This document shows, piece by piece, positions 24,563-33,865 of a stretch of DNA of 44,712 bases (the first letter of the stretch is position 1; each line of letters begins with the position of its first letter). Where the stretch lies: positions 1-44,712 of the forward strand of contig DATAQR010000002.1 in assembly GCA_036264565.1 (NCBI GenBank). The letters are read 5' to 3'. The position numbers and the translations under genes were made by a program. The DNA comes from Solirubrobacteraceae bacterium. Lineage in GTDB: Bacteria; Actinomycetota; Thermoleophilia; Solirubrobacterales; Solirubrobacteraceae. The notes under the pieces are model-generated. The model ran no database searches. It had not been told where the DNA came from and worked only from the letters and a program-made list of their open reading frames with translations.

Positions 24563-27124
24563 ATGAAGCGCATTACAATCATTGCCAGAAGCGCATCAAC
24601 TGCCGCGTGGGCGGTCGCCCTCGCGGTTGCCCTACTTCTGGCGGCGTGTTTGCTGGCGTCGCCGGCGCTGGCCGCCGAAGGCTCCTGCCCCAACGAAGCC
24701 CGCCGCGCCGAACAGTCCTCGACCTACCTGACCAACTGCCGCGCCTACGAGCAGGTGACGCCGGTGGAAAAGGACTCGGGGGAACCGGAAGCTGTCTTGC
24801 AGGCCCTGAACGAACGCGAAATGTTTGCACCGATCGACGGCGCGTTCGCCGCGCTCGATGGCGCCCGGATGGCGTGGGACTCGGAAGACCCGGGGCTTTC
24901 AGGTCCAAATTCAGATTCGCTCGGCCTGGATTATATGTCCACCCGTGGCGCGGAAGGCTGGAGCACTGAAGCCACCGTCCCGCCGCAATCCCTGGACACC
25001 GGGCTTGTTTGTCCTGAATTCGCGGGGATAGTCGGCTGGTCGCGCAACTTCACCAAGCGTATCCTGGCCGAGGGCGCCTCACAGAAGTTCAGCTCATCAT
25101 TCACCTCGGGCGAAAAATCATTCTTTCAAGAAGAGGGCTGTGGGCACGCCGAACCGGCCTTGAGGGAAGCGGACGGAGCCGAAATCAAAGAACCGGCAGG
25201 CTTCCAGAACCTCTTCATGCGCGACAACCAAACTGGCTCCTATCAGCTCGTGAACGTCACGCCGGCCGGGGTGCCCACGCCAACACCGACGCGAGAATTC
25301 CAGACGTACTACCAACCGGATTTTCTCGCCGGCTCGGCCGATCTCGAACACGTCGCCTTCGAAGAGGAACTGCCGCTGACCAAAGAAGCGGAAGAACTCT
25401 CGCCGGCAGTTGAAGCGGCCTGCAAAGAACAGCCAAAGGGCCGCGCCTGTTGGGAAGGCCACGACGACCTGTATGAGTGGAGCGAAGGCCAGCAGCCCGC
25501 CGTGCGGCTGGTCACGGTCCTCCCCGGTGGCAAGCCCGTGGACGGAGCGCTCGCCGGCTCTACGAGAAATAGCCTGGAGACAAAAAGTCTGCCTAGAAAT
25601 GTCGCTGACTACCGGCACGCCGTCTCGGCGGATGGCTCCCGTATCTTCTTCGAAGCGGAAGGCAACCTCTACGTGCGCGAGAACGGCGGGCAGCCGCCGA
25701 GCGCGATCGCACCGGGAAGCACCGCGGTGAACGGTGAACAGTGCACCGAACCGGAAAAGGCGTGCACGATACAGCTTGACCTGCCGGGAAAGGGCGCGCC
25801 CGGTTCTGGCGGCGGCGGCAAATGGCTCGGCGCGAACACCGAAGGCACGAAGGTCTTCTTCACCGACGAAGCATCCGGGGGCCTGACGTCGACGACGCAG
25901 ACGGGAAGCGGCGCCAACCTGTACGAGTACGAGCTGCCGAGCGCACCGGACACGACCGGCACGCTCGTCGATCTGAGCCCGGCCACCAAAGCAGAAGTGC
26001 TCGGCGTGAGCGACACGAGCGAAGACGGCTCCTATGTTTACTTCGTCGCCAGCGGCAAGCTCACCGGCAAAGACAAGGTGGCAGGCCGAAGCCCCGAAGA
26101 ATCAGAACCGAGTCAAGGCGCAGACAACCTCTACGTCAACCACGAAGGCGCGATCACGTTCATTGCGACGCTCAGCTCTGAAGACCTCTGCGACTGGACG
26201 TCGGACACGGGCTGCAACCTGAAGGAACCCGGCAATCCAGAGCAGACCGGGCTGACTGGTCGCGTCTCCGGCAATGGCCTCTATCTCGCCTTTAACTCTG
26301 TCAACGGACTAACCGGCTACAACAACGCTGGGCCGGGGTGCGTAGAAGTGAGAACCGGCGGCCAGCACTATGTGGCCGGGTCGTGCGAGGAGATCTTCCT
26401 CTACGAAGCCGAAGGCAACCACCTTGCTTGCGTCTCCTGCAACCCGAACGGTGTGCCCTCGGCCGATGGTGCGGTCATCGACTGGCCGGCGGGGCCGGAC
26501 CGCGACTCTACCATTATCAGAAACGCTTATCCGCAGCGCAACGTCTCCGACGCGGGCCAGGTGTTCTTCGAAACCCCAGAAGCACTGTCGCCGCAGCAGG
26601 ACACTAACGGCCTGCGCGACGTCTACGAGTACGAACACGGCTCCCTTCACCTCATGTCCAGCGGCACGAGCACGGCGCCGTCCTTCTTCCTCGACGCCAC
26701 GCCGAGCGGCAGCGACGTATTCTTCGCCACAGCGCAGAAACTGCTGCCGCGCGACACGGAATCGACGTACAACATCTACGACACCCGCGTAGGAGGAGGG
26801 TTCCCCGAACCGGCTGCGTCCGGCCCACCGTGCAGCGGTGAATCATGTAGAGAAGCGGTCGTTACCGCGCCTACGTTCGCCACCCCGGGCAGCGCCAGCT
26901 TCGTTGGCGCCGGCAACCTCACGGCGCCGCGCTCAACGCTACCGAAGCCGAGGACGGCTGCGCAGATCAAGGTCGAAAAGCTCGCCAGGGCGCTGAAGGC
27001 TTGCCGGGCTAGAAAAAACAGGCACAAGTGGGCCGTTTGTGAATCTAGGGCCCGCAAGCAATACGGTCATTCATCGAATGCGAAGAAGTCGGCACGGGCC
27101 AACCGGAGGGATAAGAAGTCATGA
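24563..27124 (+). CDS. Large secreted TolB/PD40-like beta-propeller protein with a basic C-terminal tail
   Basis: Signal peptide (PALA); CRAYEQV; repeated SADGSRIFF / SEDGSYVYF / SGNGLYLAF / TPSGSDVFF blades; KLARALKAC...CESRARKQYG tail. Confidence 0.82.
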   Translation: MKRITIIARSASTAAWAVALAVALLLAACLLASPALAAEGSCPNEARRAEQSSTYLTNCRAYEQVTPVEKDSGEPEAVLQALNEREMFAPIDGAFAALDGARMAWDSEDPGLSGPNSDSLGLDYMSTRGAEGWSTEATVPPQSLDTGLVCPEFAGIVGWSRNFTKRILAEGASQKFSSSFTSGEKSFFQEEGCGHAEPALREADGAEIKEPAGFQNLFMRDNQTGSYQLVNVTPAGVPTPTPTREFQTYYQPDFLAGSADLEHVAFEEELPLTKEAEELSPAVEAACKEQPKGRACWEGHDDLYEWSEGQQPAVRLVTVLPGGKPVDGALAGSTRNSLETKSLPRNVADYRHAVSADGSRIFFEAEGNLYVRENGGQPPSAIAPGSTAVNGEQCTEPEKACTIQLDLPGKGAPGSGGGGKWLGANTEGTKVFFTDEASGGLTSTTQTGSGANLYEYELPSAPDTTGTLVDLSPATKAEVLGVSDTSEDGSYVYFVASGKLTGKDKVAGRSPEESEPSQGADNLYVNHEGAITFIATLSSEDLCDWTSDTGCNLKEPGNPEQTGLTGRVSGNGLYLAFNSVNGLTGYNNAGPGCVEVRTGGQHYVAGSCEEIFLYEAEGNHLACVSCNPNGVPSADGAVIDWPAGPDRDSTIIRNAYPQRNVSDAGQVFFETPEALSPQQDTNGLRDVYEYEHGSLHLMSSGTSTAPSFFLDATPSGSDVFFATAQKLLPRDTESTYNIYDTRVGGGFPEPAASGPPCSGESCREAVVTAPTFATPGSASFVGAGNLTAPRSTLPKPRTAAQIKVEKLARALKACRARKNRHKWAVCESRARKQYGHSSNAKKSARANRRDKKS

Positions 27125-30100
27125 TTGTTCGCCAAGAGTATTGGTTCGTTCGCCCATTCACCGGTGTCGCCGCGACGTTCGTGGGAGTGCTGGCCTGCCT
27201 GTTGATCGCCGTATCGGCGGCGCCTGCGCTGGCGAGTTGGGGCAATCACAAGAGCGTCGGTGGAGGACACCTCGAATTTCCGACCGGCGTGGCGGTCGAC
27301 GAATCCGGCGGGGCCTCGACTGGCGACGTGTACGTCGGTAACTTCTTCGGCGATTTCGTGACTAAGTTTGACGCCTCTGGCGCCTTCCTATCGCCGCCGT
27401 CACCGATCAGAAGCGGCGGGGTCCAGTTCTACTCAGGTGTGGCTGTCAACCCGACAAACAAGCGCGTATATGCGGTCAATGCCGAAGCCAATAAGATAGA
27501 AGTCTTTGAACCGTCCGGTACGGTCGGCGGCACGCCGATCTCCGTCCCTGGGTCTGGAAACTTCTTTGGATTCACTGTCGTGGAGATCGCCGCGGACGCG
27601 AAAGGCAACGTGTACGTGCCGAATGCACCGAACAACGACGTCGAGGTCTTCAACGAAAAAGGGGAAGCGCAACCGACGATCACCGGGGACGAAGGCGCCG
27701 GGAAAGAAGAACACACTCTGAAATCGCCGGAAGGCGTCGCGATCGACCCTAGCGGCAATGTGTGGGTGGCGGATACCGGCGACGGTCGGATCGAGGAGTT
27801 CGAACCGAACGGCACCTTCATGAAGGCAATCCCCAGCGCCGGCGTGCGGGCCGTGGCGTTGGACGGTTCCGGAGACGTGTTCGCCTCTATCGGTGGCGCT
27901 AAACCGTATGTGATCGAGTACAGCCCGTCCGGCGCGGTGATTGACGACGAAATCGGGAAGGGGCTACTGAGTGAATCTTCCGAAGGTACGCCCAATGGGA
28001 TCGCGGTCGACCGTGCGCGCGAAATCCTCTACGTGGTCAACGGCGGTGGAAACGTCATCGAGCGGTTCACCAACTGGGCGGTGAGCACGGAACCACCGAG
28101 CAGCGTGGAAGAAGGAAAGGCGACGCTGCACGGCATGATCGAAGTCGAACCGGGTTCTTCCATCGCCTCGTGCGGGTTCGAATACGGCCCCACCACCGCG
28201 TACGGAAGCACCGTGCGGTGCTTGCCGGAAGGCCCGTACACGACGAATACTCCTGTCAGCGCCATGCTTTCCGGCCTTAGCGGCGCCACCCACTATCGAA
28301 TCGCCGCTACGACGACGAAAGGTTACGCTGAATTCGGGGACGACCTGGCGTTCGGTCCGCCGGAGGTGGACGGCCAGTCAGCCGAGGCGACCGTCACGAC
28401 GGCGACGTTGCGAGCGAATGTCACGGTCATAGAAGCTGGCGCATCGACGTGCAAGGAAGCGCAGTACGTTGCAGAACAGGAGTACGCCGCGTCCGGCTTT
28501 ACCCATGCGCAATCCGTGCCGTGCACCACGCCGATAGGCAGCACGCCAGGCGAATACGAGGTGGAAACCGCAGAGATCAAGGGCCTGCGGCCTAATACCG
28601 TCTACCATTACCGATTCCTGACGACCAATCAGAACGGCACGGGGACCGGGCCGGGCGGGGAATTCGCGACGTTTGGCATCGCCCCCGACTCGTTCGCGTT
28701 TGAGGCGCTGGGCCAGGCGGGCGAACCGATCACGCAGGCCGGAGCGCATCCGTACAAATGGACGGACACGCTCCGGCTCAATACCTCGACGCACAAGTTC
28801 ACGAACGGCACCACGGACCCGCTGGCGCCCGACGCAAACGTGAAGGACATCGTCACCGAATTGCCGCCTGGCCTGATCGGCAACCCCAACGCCACGCCGA
28901 AGTGTCAGGCGTACGAAGTCGTGCACCGAGAGTGCAGCGGCGCGGCGCAGGTCGGCATCCTGATTGTCTACACCGCGAATCCGGGCCATGTTGCAAGTCA
29001 CGGCGAACCTGAAGAGCACGAAATAGTGCCGATCTACAACCTCGTGCCGCCGAAGGGCTTGGCGGCCCAGTTCGGCGCCAACATCGCCAAAGTCGCCGAT
29101 GTGCGGATCGACGCGAGGGTGCGCACCGGCGGCGACTACGGCGTCACCGCCGAAGTGCTCAACAGTTCCGCCGACGAAGGAATCGTGGCGGCGGAAGTGA
29201 CGCTGTGGGGCGTGCCGGCGGCGGAAAGCCACGACGCCGACGAACGCTTCTGCCCGGGAGAAAAGCACGGAATAGACGGAGAATGCACAGAACGCGGTCC
29301 GCTGATCCCGTTCCTGAGCAACCCGACTGCGTGCACGGGCGAACGCGAAGCTCATATGACCGTCGAACCGTGGCAAGAAGACGACCCTCCCGTGGTCGTC
29401 GGCGCGTCGGCGAAGATGCCGGCGATCACCGGCTGCGGCAAGCTCGACTTCAAACCCTCGATGGCGATCGCGCCGACCTCGAAGGCGTCCGACTCGCCGA
29501 CCGGGTTGCACGTCGAATTGAAGGTCCCGCAGAACGAAAGCCCGACCGGGCTGGCCGAGGCCGACCTGAAGGACGCGAAGGTGGTTCTGCCCGCCGGCGT
29601 AACCGTCAACCCGTCCTCCGCGAACGGAATGGCCGGCTGCCCGCTGCTGACCGGCAAAGAAGGGCATCCAGGCGTCTCCGGCATCGACCTTGAAAACAGC
29701 GAACCGGCGAACTGCCCGAACGCCGCCAAGGTCGGCAGCGTCACGATCGAAACGCCGCTGCTTGAAAAACCGCTCACCGGCGGCGTCTACGTCGCGCAGC
29801 AGGATGCCAACCCGTTCAAATCGCTGCTGGCGCTCTACATCGCGGCGGAAAACGCGGAAAGAGGCGTCGTGGTCAAGCTCGCCGGACACGTCGAACTGGA
29901 CCCGATCACGGGGCAGTTGACGACGACGTTCGACGAAAATCCGCAGCTGCCGTTCGAAAACCTCAAGCTCGACTTCTTCGGCGGCGAACGGGCTTCGCTG
30001 GCCACGCCGCGCAGCTGCGGCTCCTACCAGCCGACGGCGCTGCTCGAACCGTTCTCGCACCAGGGTGCGCCGGGCGAAGAAGGCACTCCGGACGCCGAAC

Positions 30101-31671
30101 CGTTCATCGCGCCGTTCTCGATCACGAGCGGCCCGGGCGGGGCGCGGTGCTCCAACGTGGGCGTGTTCGCTCCGGGCTTCGTCGCCGGCACGCAGAACAA
30201 CGCCGCTGCCGCCTTCAGCCCGTTCGTACTGAACCTCACTCGCGGCGACGGCGAACAGACGCTCAGCACGGTCAACCTGCAGATGCCACCGGGTGTGTCG
30301 GGCACCGTGTCGTCGGTCACGCTCTGTCCCGAGCCGCAGGCAAGCCTCGGTGACTGCCCGGCCGCCAGCAAGATCGGCCACGTGCGCGCCAGCGCCGGTG
30401 TCGGTAAAGAACCGATCGTCCTGCCCGAAGCCGGCAAGCCGGAAGACCCCGTCTACCTCACCTCATCCTATGAGGGCGCCCCCTTTGGCCTGTCGGTTGT
30501 CGTGCCGGCCGAAGCCGGGCCGTTTAACCTCGACGAAGGCGGCCATCCCATCGTCGTTCGCGCCAAGGTCGAGGTCAATCCCTACACCGGGCAGGTGACG
30601 GTTCTCAGCGATCCGATGCCGACGCGGCTGCAGGGCATCCCGCTCGATGTCCGCGACATCGAAGTGGTCGTGGACAAGCCTGGGTTCATCTTCAACCCCA
30701 CGAACTGCAACCCGATGAACGTCACCGGCACGATCGGCTCGGCCGAAGGCGCAAGTACGAGCGTGTCGAGCCGCTTCCAGGCCGCTGACTGCGCGAGCCT
30801 TCCCTTCAAACCCACCTTCACCACGGCCACCTCGGCCAAGCACAGCCGCAACGGCGGTGACAATCTCCAGGTGGTCGTCAAGTCGACGCCCGGTCAGGCC
30901 AACATCGCGATGGTTCACGTCGAACTGCCGCGGGTTCTGCCCTCGCGGCTCTCGACGCTCAACCAGGCATGCCCGGAAGGCGTGTTCGCAGCCGATCCGG
31001 CGGCGTGCCCGGCGGGGTCGCGGATCGGCACCGCGATCGCCCATACGCCGATCCTGTCGGTGCCACTTGCCGGGCCTGCGTACTTCGTCAGTCACGGTGG
31101 CGCCAAGTTCCCGGAATTGATCGTGATCCTGCAGGGCGAGGGTGTGACGGTGCAGCTCAACGGCGAAACGTTCATCTCCAAAGCGGGCATCACAAGCTCC
31201 ACGTTCAAGAGCATTCCCGACGTGCCGGTGTCGCGCTTCGAACTGGACCTGCCGGCCGGTCCTGATTCGGTGCTCGGCGCGACTGGCGACCTGTGTGCCA
31301 ACGAACTTGCGATGCCGACGACGATCACCGGGCAGAACGGCGCGGTCGTCAAACAGCGCACGCGGATCGCTGTCAAGGGCTGCAAACCGGAGATCACAGT
31401 GCTGCGTCACAGCGTCAAGGGGGACACCGCGACGATTGTCGCGCGCGTTCCGTCGGCGGGCAGGTTCGTGGCCTCCGGCAACGGCGTCTCCAGGGTCGTG
31501 CGCAGCGTGAACGGAGCCGGCCAGGTGACGGTGAAACTCGCGCTGACCAAGACTGACCGCCTGCTGCTGGCACGACACCCAGAACACCACGTGAGAGTCG
31601 ACGTCAAGCTGCACCTAACACCCACCCACGGTCACCCCTTGGCGAGCAGCGTGACCGTCCTCGTCGGCTGA
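27121..31671 (+). CDS. 1516-aa secreted multidomain protein: NHL-repeat propeller, two FN3-like domains, four Cys-containing repeats, C-terminal beta domain
   Basis: PTGVAVD / PEGVAIDPSGNVWVAD / PNGIAVD NHL motifs; FEYGPTTAYG and GLRPNTVYHYR FN3-like motifs; ATGA overlap with the upstream gene. Confidence 0.85.
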   Translation: MIVRQEYWFVRPFTGVAATFVGVLACLLIAVSAAPALASWGNHKSVGGGHLEFPTGVAVDESGGASTGDVYVGNFFGDFVTKFDASGAFLSPPSPIRSGGVQFYSGVAVNPTNKRVYAVNAEANKIEVFEPSGTVGGTPISVPGSGNFFGFTVVEIAADAKGNVYVPNAPNNDVEVFNEKGEAQPTITGDEGAGKEEHTLKSPEGVAIDPSGNVWVADTGDGRIEEFEPNGTFMKAIPSAGVRAVALDGSGDVFASIGGAKPYVIEYSPSGAVIDDEIGKGLLSESSEGTPNGIAVDRAREILYVVNGGGNVIERFTNWAVSTEPPSSVEEGKATLHGMIEVEPGSSIASCGFEYGPTTAYGSTVRCLPEGPYTTNTPVSAMLSGLSGATHYRIAATTTKGYAEFGDDLAFGPPEVDGQSAEATVTTATLRANVTVIEAGASTCKEAQYVAEQEYAASGFTHAQSVPCTTPIGSTPGEYEVETAEIKGLRPNTVYHYRFLTTNQNGTGTGPGGEFATFGIAPDSFAFEALGQAGEPITQAGAHPYKWTDTLRLNTSTHKFTNGTTDPLAPDANVKDIVTELPPGLIGNPNATPKCQAYEVVHRECSGAAQVGILIVYTANPGHVASHGEPEEHEIVPIYNLVPPKGLAAQFGANIAKVADVRIDARVRTGGDYGVTAEVLNSSADEGIVAAEVTLWGVPAAESHDADERFCPGEKHGIDGECTERGPLIPFLSNPTACTGEREAHMTVEPWQEDDPPVVVGASAKMPAITGCGKLDFKPSMAIAPTSKASDSPTGLHVELKVPQNESPTGLAEADLKDAKVVLPAGVTVNPSSANGMAGCPLLTGKEGHPGVSGIDLENSEPANCPNAAKVGSVTIETPLLEKPLTGGVYVAQQDANPFKSLLALYIAAENAERGVVVKLAGHVELDPITGQLTTTFDENPQLPFENLKLDFFGGERASLATPRSCGSYQPTALLEPFSHQGAPGEEGTPDAEPFIAPFSITSGPGGARCSNVGVFAPGFVAGTQNNAAAAFSPFVLNLTRGDGEQTLSTVNLQMPPGVSGTVSSVTLCPEPQASLGDCPAASKIGHVRASAGVGKEPIVLPEAGKPEDPVYLTSSYEGAPFGLSVVVPAEAGPFNLDEGGHPIVVRAKVEVNPYTGQVTVLSDPMPTRLQGIPLDVRDIEVVVDKPGFIFNPTNCNPMNVTGTIGSAEGASTSVSSRFQAADCASLPFKPTFTTATSAKHSRNGGDNLQVVVKSTPGQANIAMVHVELPRVLPSRLSTLNQACPEGVFAADPAACPAGSRIGTAIAHTPILSVPLAGPAYFVSHGGAKFPELIVILQGEGVTVQLNGETFISKAGITSSTFKSIPDVPVSRFELDLPAGPDSVLGATGDLCANELAMPTTITGQNGAVVKQRTRIAVKGCKPEITVLRHSVKGDTATIVARVPSAGRFVASGNGVSRVVRSVNGAGQVTVKLALTKTDRLLLARHPEHHVRVDVKLHLTPTHGHPLASSVTVLVG

Positions 31672-31762
31672 GCAAACGCGCGAAAGGAACCGAAAGCTTC
31701 TCCCCACCGATCCCCCACCCACCATCGAGTGGCAACGGGTGTGTCGCTATGGTTGGCAACAG

Positions 31763-32803
31763 GTGTTCGCCACTTCCGCAATCGAGCCGAACGGTTGGTC
31801 CTCTGAGCGATCGACGAGCGGCGAGGCTGCGATCTCGGTAGAAGGGCTCGCCAAGCACTACGGCGAGATCGAGGCCGTACGCGGCATCGACTTCGAGGTG
31901 GCGCGCGGCGAAACGTTCGGCTTTCTCGGGCCCAACGGGGCGGGCAAGTCGACGACGATCTCGATGCTCTGCACGCTCGCCCGTCCCAGCGGCGGCTCGG
32001 CGCGGGTCGCCGGACTCGACGTCGTGCGCGAGCGCGACCGGGTCAGGCGCAACATCGGGCTGGTCTTCCAGGACACGACGCTCGATAACTACCTGTCGGC
32101 CGAGCAGAATCTGCGCCTGCACGCCGAGCTGTACGGGATGCCGCGCGAGGCGGTCGCGCCGCGGATGCAGACGGTGCTTCAGATGCTGCAACTGTGGGAG
32201 CGGCGCGACTCGCTGGTGGGCACGTTCTCCGGCGGCATGAAGCGGCGCCTTGAGATCGCGCGCGGGCTGCTGCACTCCCCGCACGTGCTGTTCCTGGACG
32301 AGCCGACGATCGGGCTGGACCCGCAGACGCGCTCCTCGATCTGGAGCTACATCTCGACGCTCGCAAGCGAGCAGGACATCACGATTTTCCTCACTACCCA
32401 CTACATGGACGAGGCCGAGTACTGCGACCGGATCGCGATCATCGACCAGGGGCGGATCGTCGCGCTGGACACCCCCACCGCGCTGAAGGAGAGCGTCGGC
32501 ACCGACCGGGTGCAGATCAGCACCGACGACGACCAGGCCATGATCGCCGCGCTTGCCGAGCGCTTCGGGATCGAGGCGCGGATGGCAGAAGGCGAGGTCA
32601 CCTTCGGCGTGGCCGAGGGCGAGCAGTTCGTCCCGCGCCTGTTCGAGGATTGGGACCCCGCCCACCCGCCGATCCGCTCGGTCAGCGTCGCGCGGCCGTC
32701 GCTGGATGACGTGTTCATGTCCTACACGGGCACGACGATCCGCGACGCCGAGTCGGGATCGAACGACCATATGCGCAACATGGCGCGGATGATGAGCCGC
32801 TGA
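31763..32803 (+). CDS. DrrA-family ABC exporter ATP-binding protein
   Basis: GPNGAGKST, FSGGMKRRLEIARGL, FLDEPTIGLDPQ, TTHYMDEAE; start uncertain. Confidence 0.92.
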   Translation: MFATSAIEPNGWSSERSTSGEAAISVEGLAKHYGEIEAVRGIDFEVARGETFGFLGPNGAGKSTTISMLCTLARPSGGSARVAGLDVVRERDRVRRNIGLVFQDTTLDNYLSAEQNLRLHAELYGMPREAVAPRMQTVLQMLQLWERRDSLVGTFSGGMKRRLEIARGLLHSPHVLFLDEPTIGLDPQTRSSIWSYISTLASEQDITIFLTTHYMDEAEYCDRIAIIDQGRIVALDTPTALKESVGTDRVQISTDDDQAMIAALAERFGIEARMAEGEVTFGVAEGEQFVPRLFEDWDPAHPPIRSVSVARPSLDDVFMSYTGTTIRDAESGSNDHMRNMARMMSR

Positions 32804-33717
32804 TGGCCACGACTGAGCGTCCAACGAGCGCGGTCTCAGGCGATGCCCCGGCTGTGGTGGGCCCTCCGCACGAGATCGCCGCCCAGCACGTACCGGGGCG
32901 CTCGTTGCGCAGCGAGCTGCGCGCGATCAAGGCGGTGTGGCGGCGCGAGCTGATCCGCTTCTCGCGCGACCGGCTGCGGATCGTCACCTCGCTGGTGCAG
33001 CCGTTCCTGTTCCTGTTCGTGCTCGGCACTGGCCTCTCTACGCTCGTCTCGACCAGTACGCACGGCGTCAACTTCCGCACCTTCATCTACCCGGGGATCC
33101 TGTGTATGGCGGTGATGTTCACGGCGATGTTCTCGGCCGCCTCGATCGTCTGGGACCGCGAGTTCGGCTTCCTGCGCGAGATGATGGTCGCGCCGGTCGC
33201 GCGCTCCTCGATCGTGCTCGGCAAGTGCGTCGGCGGCGCCACCGTCGCCACCTTCCAGGGCGTAATCGTGATGGCGATCGGGCCGCTCGTCGGCGTGCAC
33301 TACACGCTCGGCCTGGCCCTGGAGGTGTTCGGCCTGCTGCTGGTGCTGGCCTTCGCGATCACGGCGTTCGGGATGATGGCCGCGGCGCGCGTCACCCAGA
33401 TGCAGTCATTCATGGCGCTGATGCAGATGGCGATTATGCCGATGTTCTTCCTCTCCGGCGCGCTGTTCCCGGTCAACAAACTGCCGACGTGGCTGGCTGT
33501 GCTGAATCGGATCGACCCGCTCACCTACGCGGTTGACCCAATGCGCCGGGCGGTGTTCGCGCACCTGTCGATCGATCCGCTCGTGCGCCACGCGTTGGCT
33601 CCGGGCGTGACGCTATGGAGCTGGCGCGTGCCCGGTGTGATCGAGGCGGCGATCGTGGCGCTGATCGGGCTGGTGATGCTGGCGATCGCGATAGCGGAGT
33701 TCTCGAGCGTCGAGTAG
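32803..33717 (+). CDS. ABC-2 type (DrrB-family) permease
   Basis: WDREFGFLREMMVAPV, PMFFLSGALFP, DPLTYAVD; six TM segments. Confidence 0.92.
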   Translation: MATTERPTSAVSGDAPAVVGPPHEIAAQHVPGRSLRSELRAIKAVWRRELIRFSRDRLRIVTSLVQPFLFLFVLGTGLSTLVSTSTHGVNFRTFIYPGILCMAVMFTAMFSAASIVWDREFGFLREMMVAPVARSSIVLGKCVGGATVATFQGVIVMAIGPLVGVHYTLGLALEVFGLLLVLAFAITAFGMMAAARVTQMQSFMALMQMAIMPMFFLSGALFPVNKLPTWLAVLNRIDPLTYAVDPMRRAVFAHLSIDPLVRHALAPGVTLWSWRVPGVIEAAIVALIGLVMLAIAIAEFSSVE

Positions 33718-33720
33718 CCC

Positions 33721-33741
33721 CTGACGGCCGAATGGCGGCGC
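33721..33741 (+). repeat. 21-bp direct repeat, copy 2
   Basis: Identical to 12453-12473. Confidence 0.85.
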
Positions 33742-33755
33742 CTCGCGGCGTCCTA

Positions 33756-33786
33756 CCGATTGGAGAGCGACGGGATCTCCAATCGG
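33756..33786. terminator. Hairpin between convergent genes
   Basis: ccgattggaga/tctccaatcgg, perfect 11-bp stem. Confidence 0.6.
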
Positions 33787-33865
33787 CCAGCACGCGTGCC
33801 GAGCACGCCACGCGGGGTGGGTGGGCTCGTAATCCTGGCGAGGCTTGCCCTCGGCCGTCAGGGCT

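Noticed and set aside
28378-30381. 667-aa antisense ORF, and similar ones (6189-7403, 8054-9181, 30463-31614, 31604-32824, 23600-24340)
   Set aside because: Shadow ORFs opposite well-supported genes, as expected in GC-rich or codon-biased DNA.
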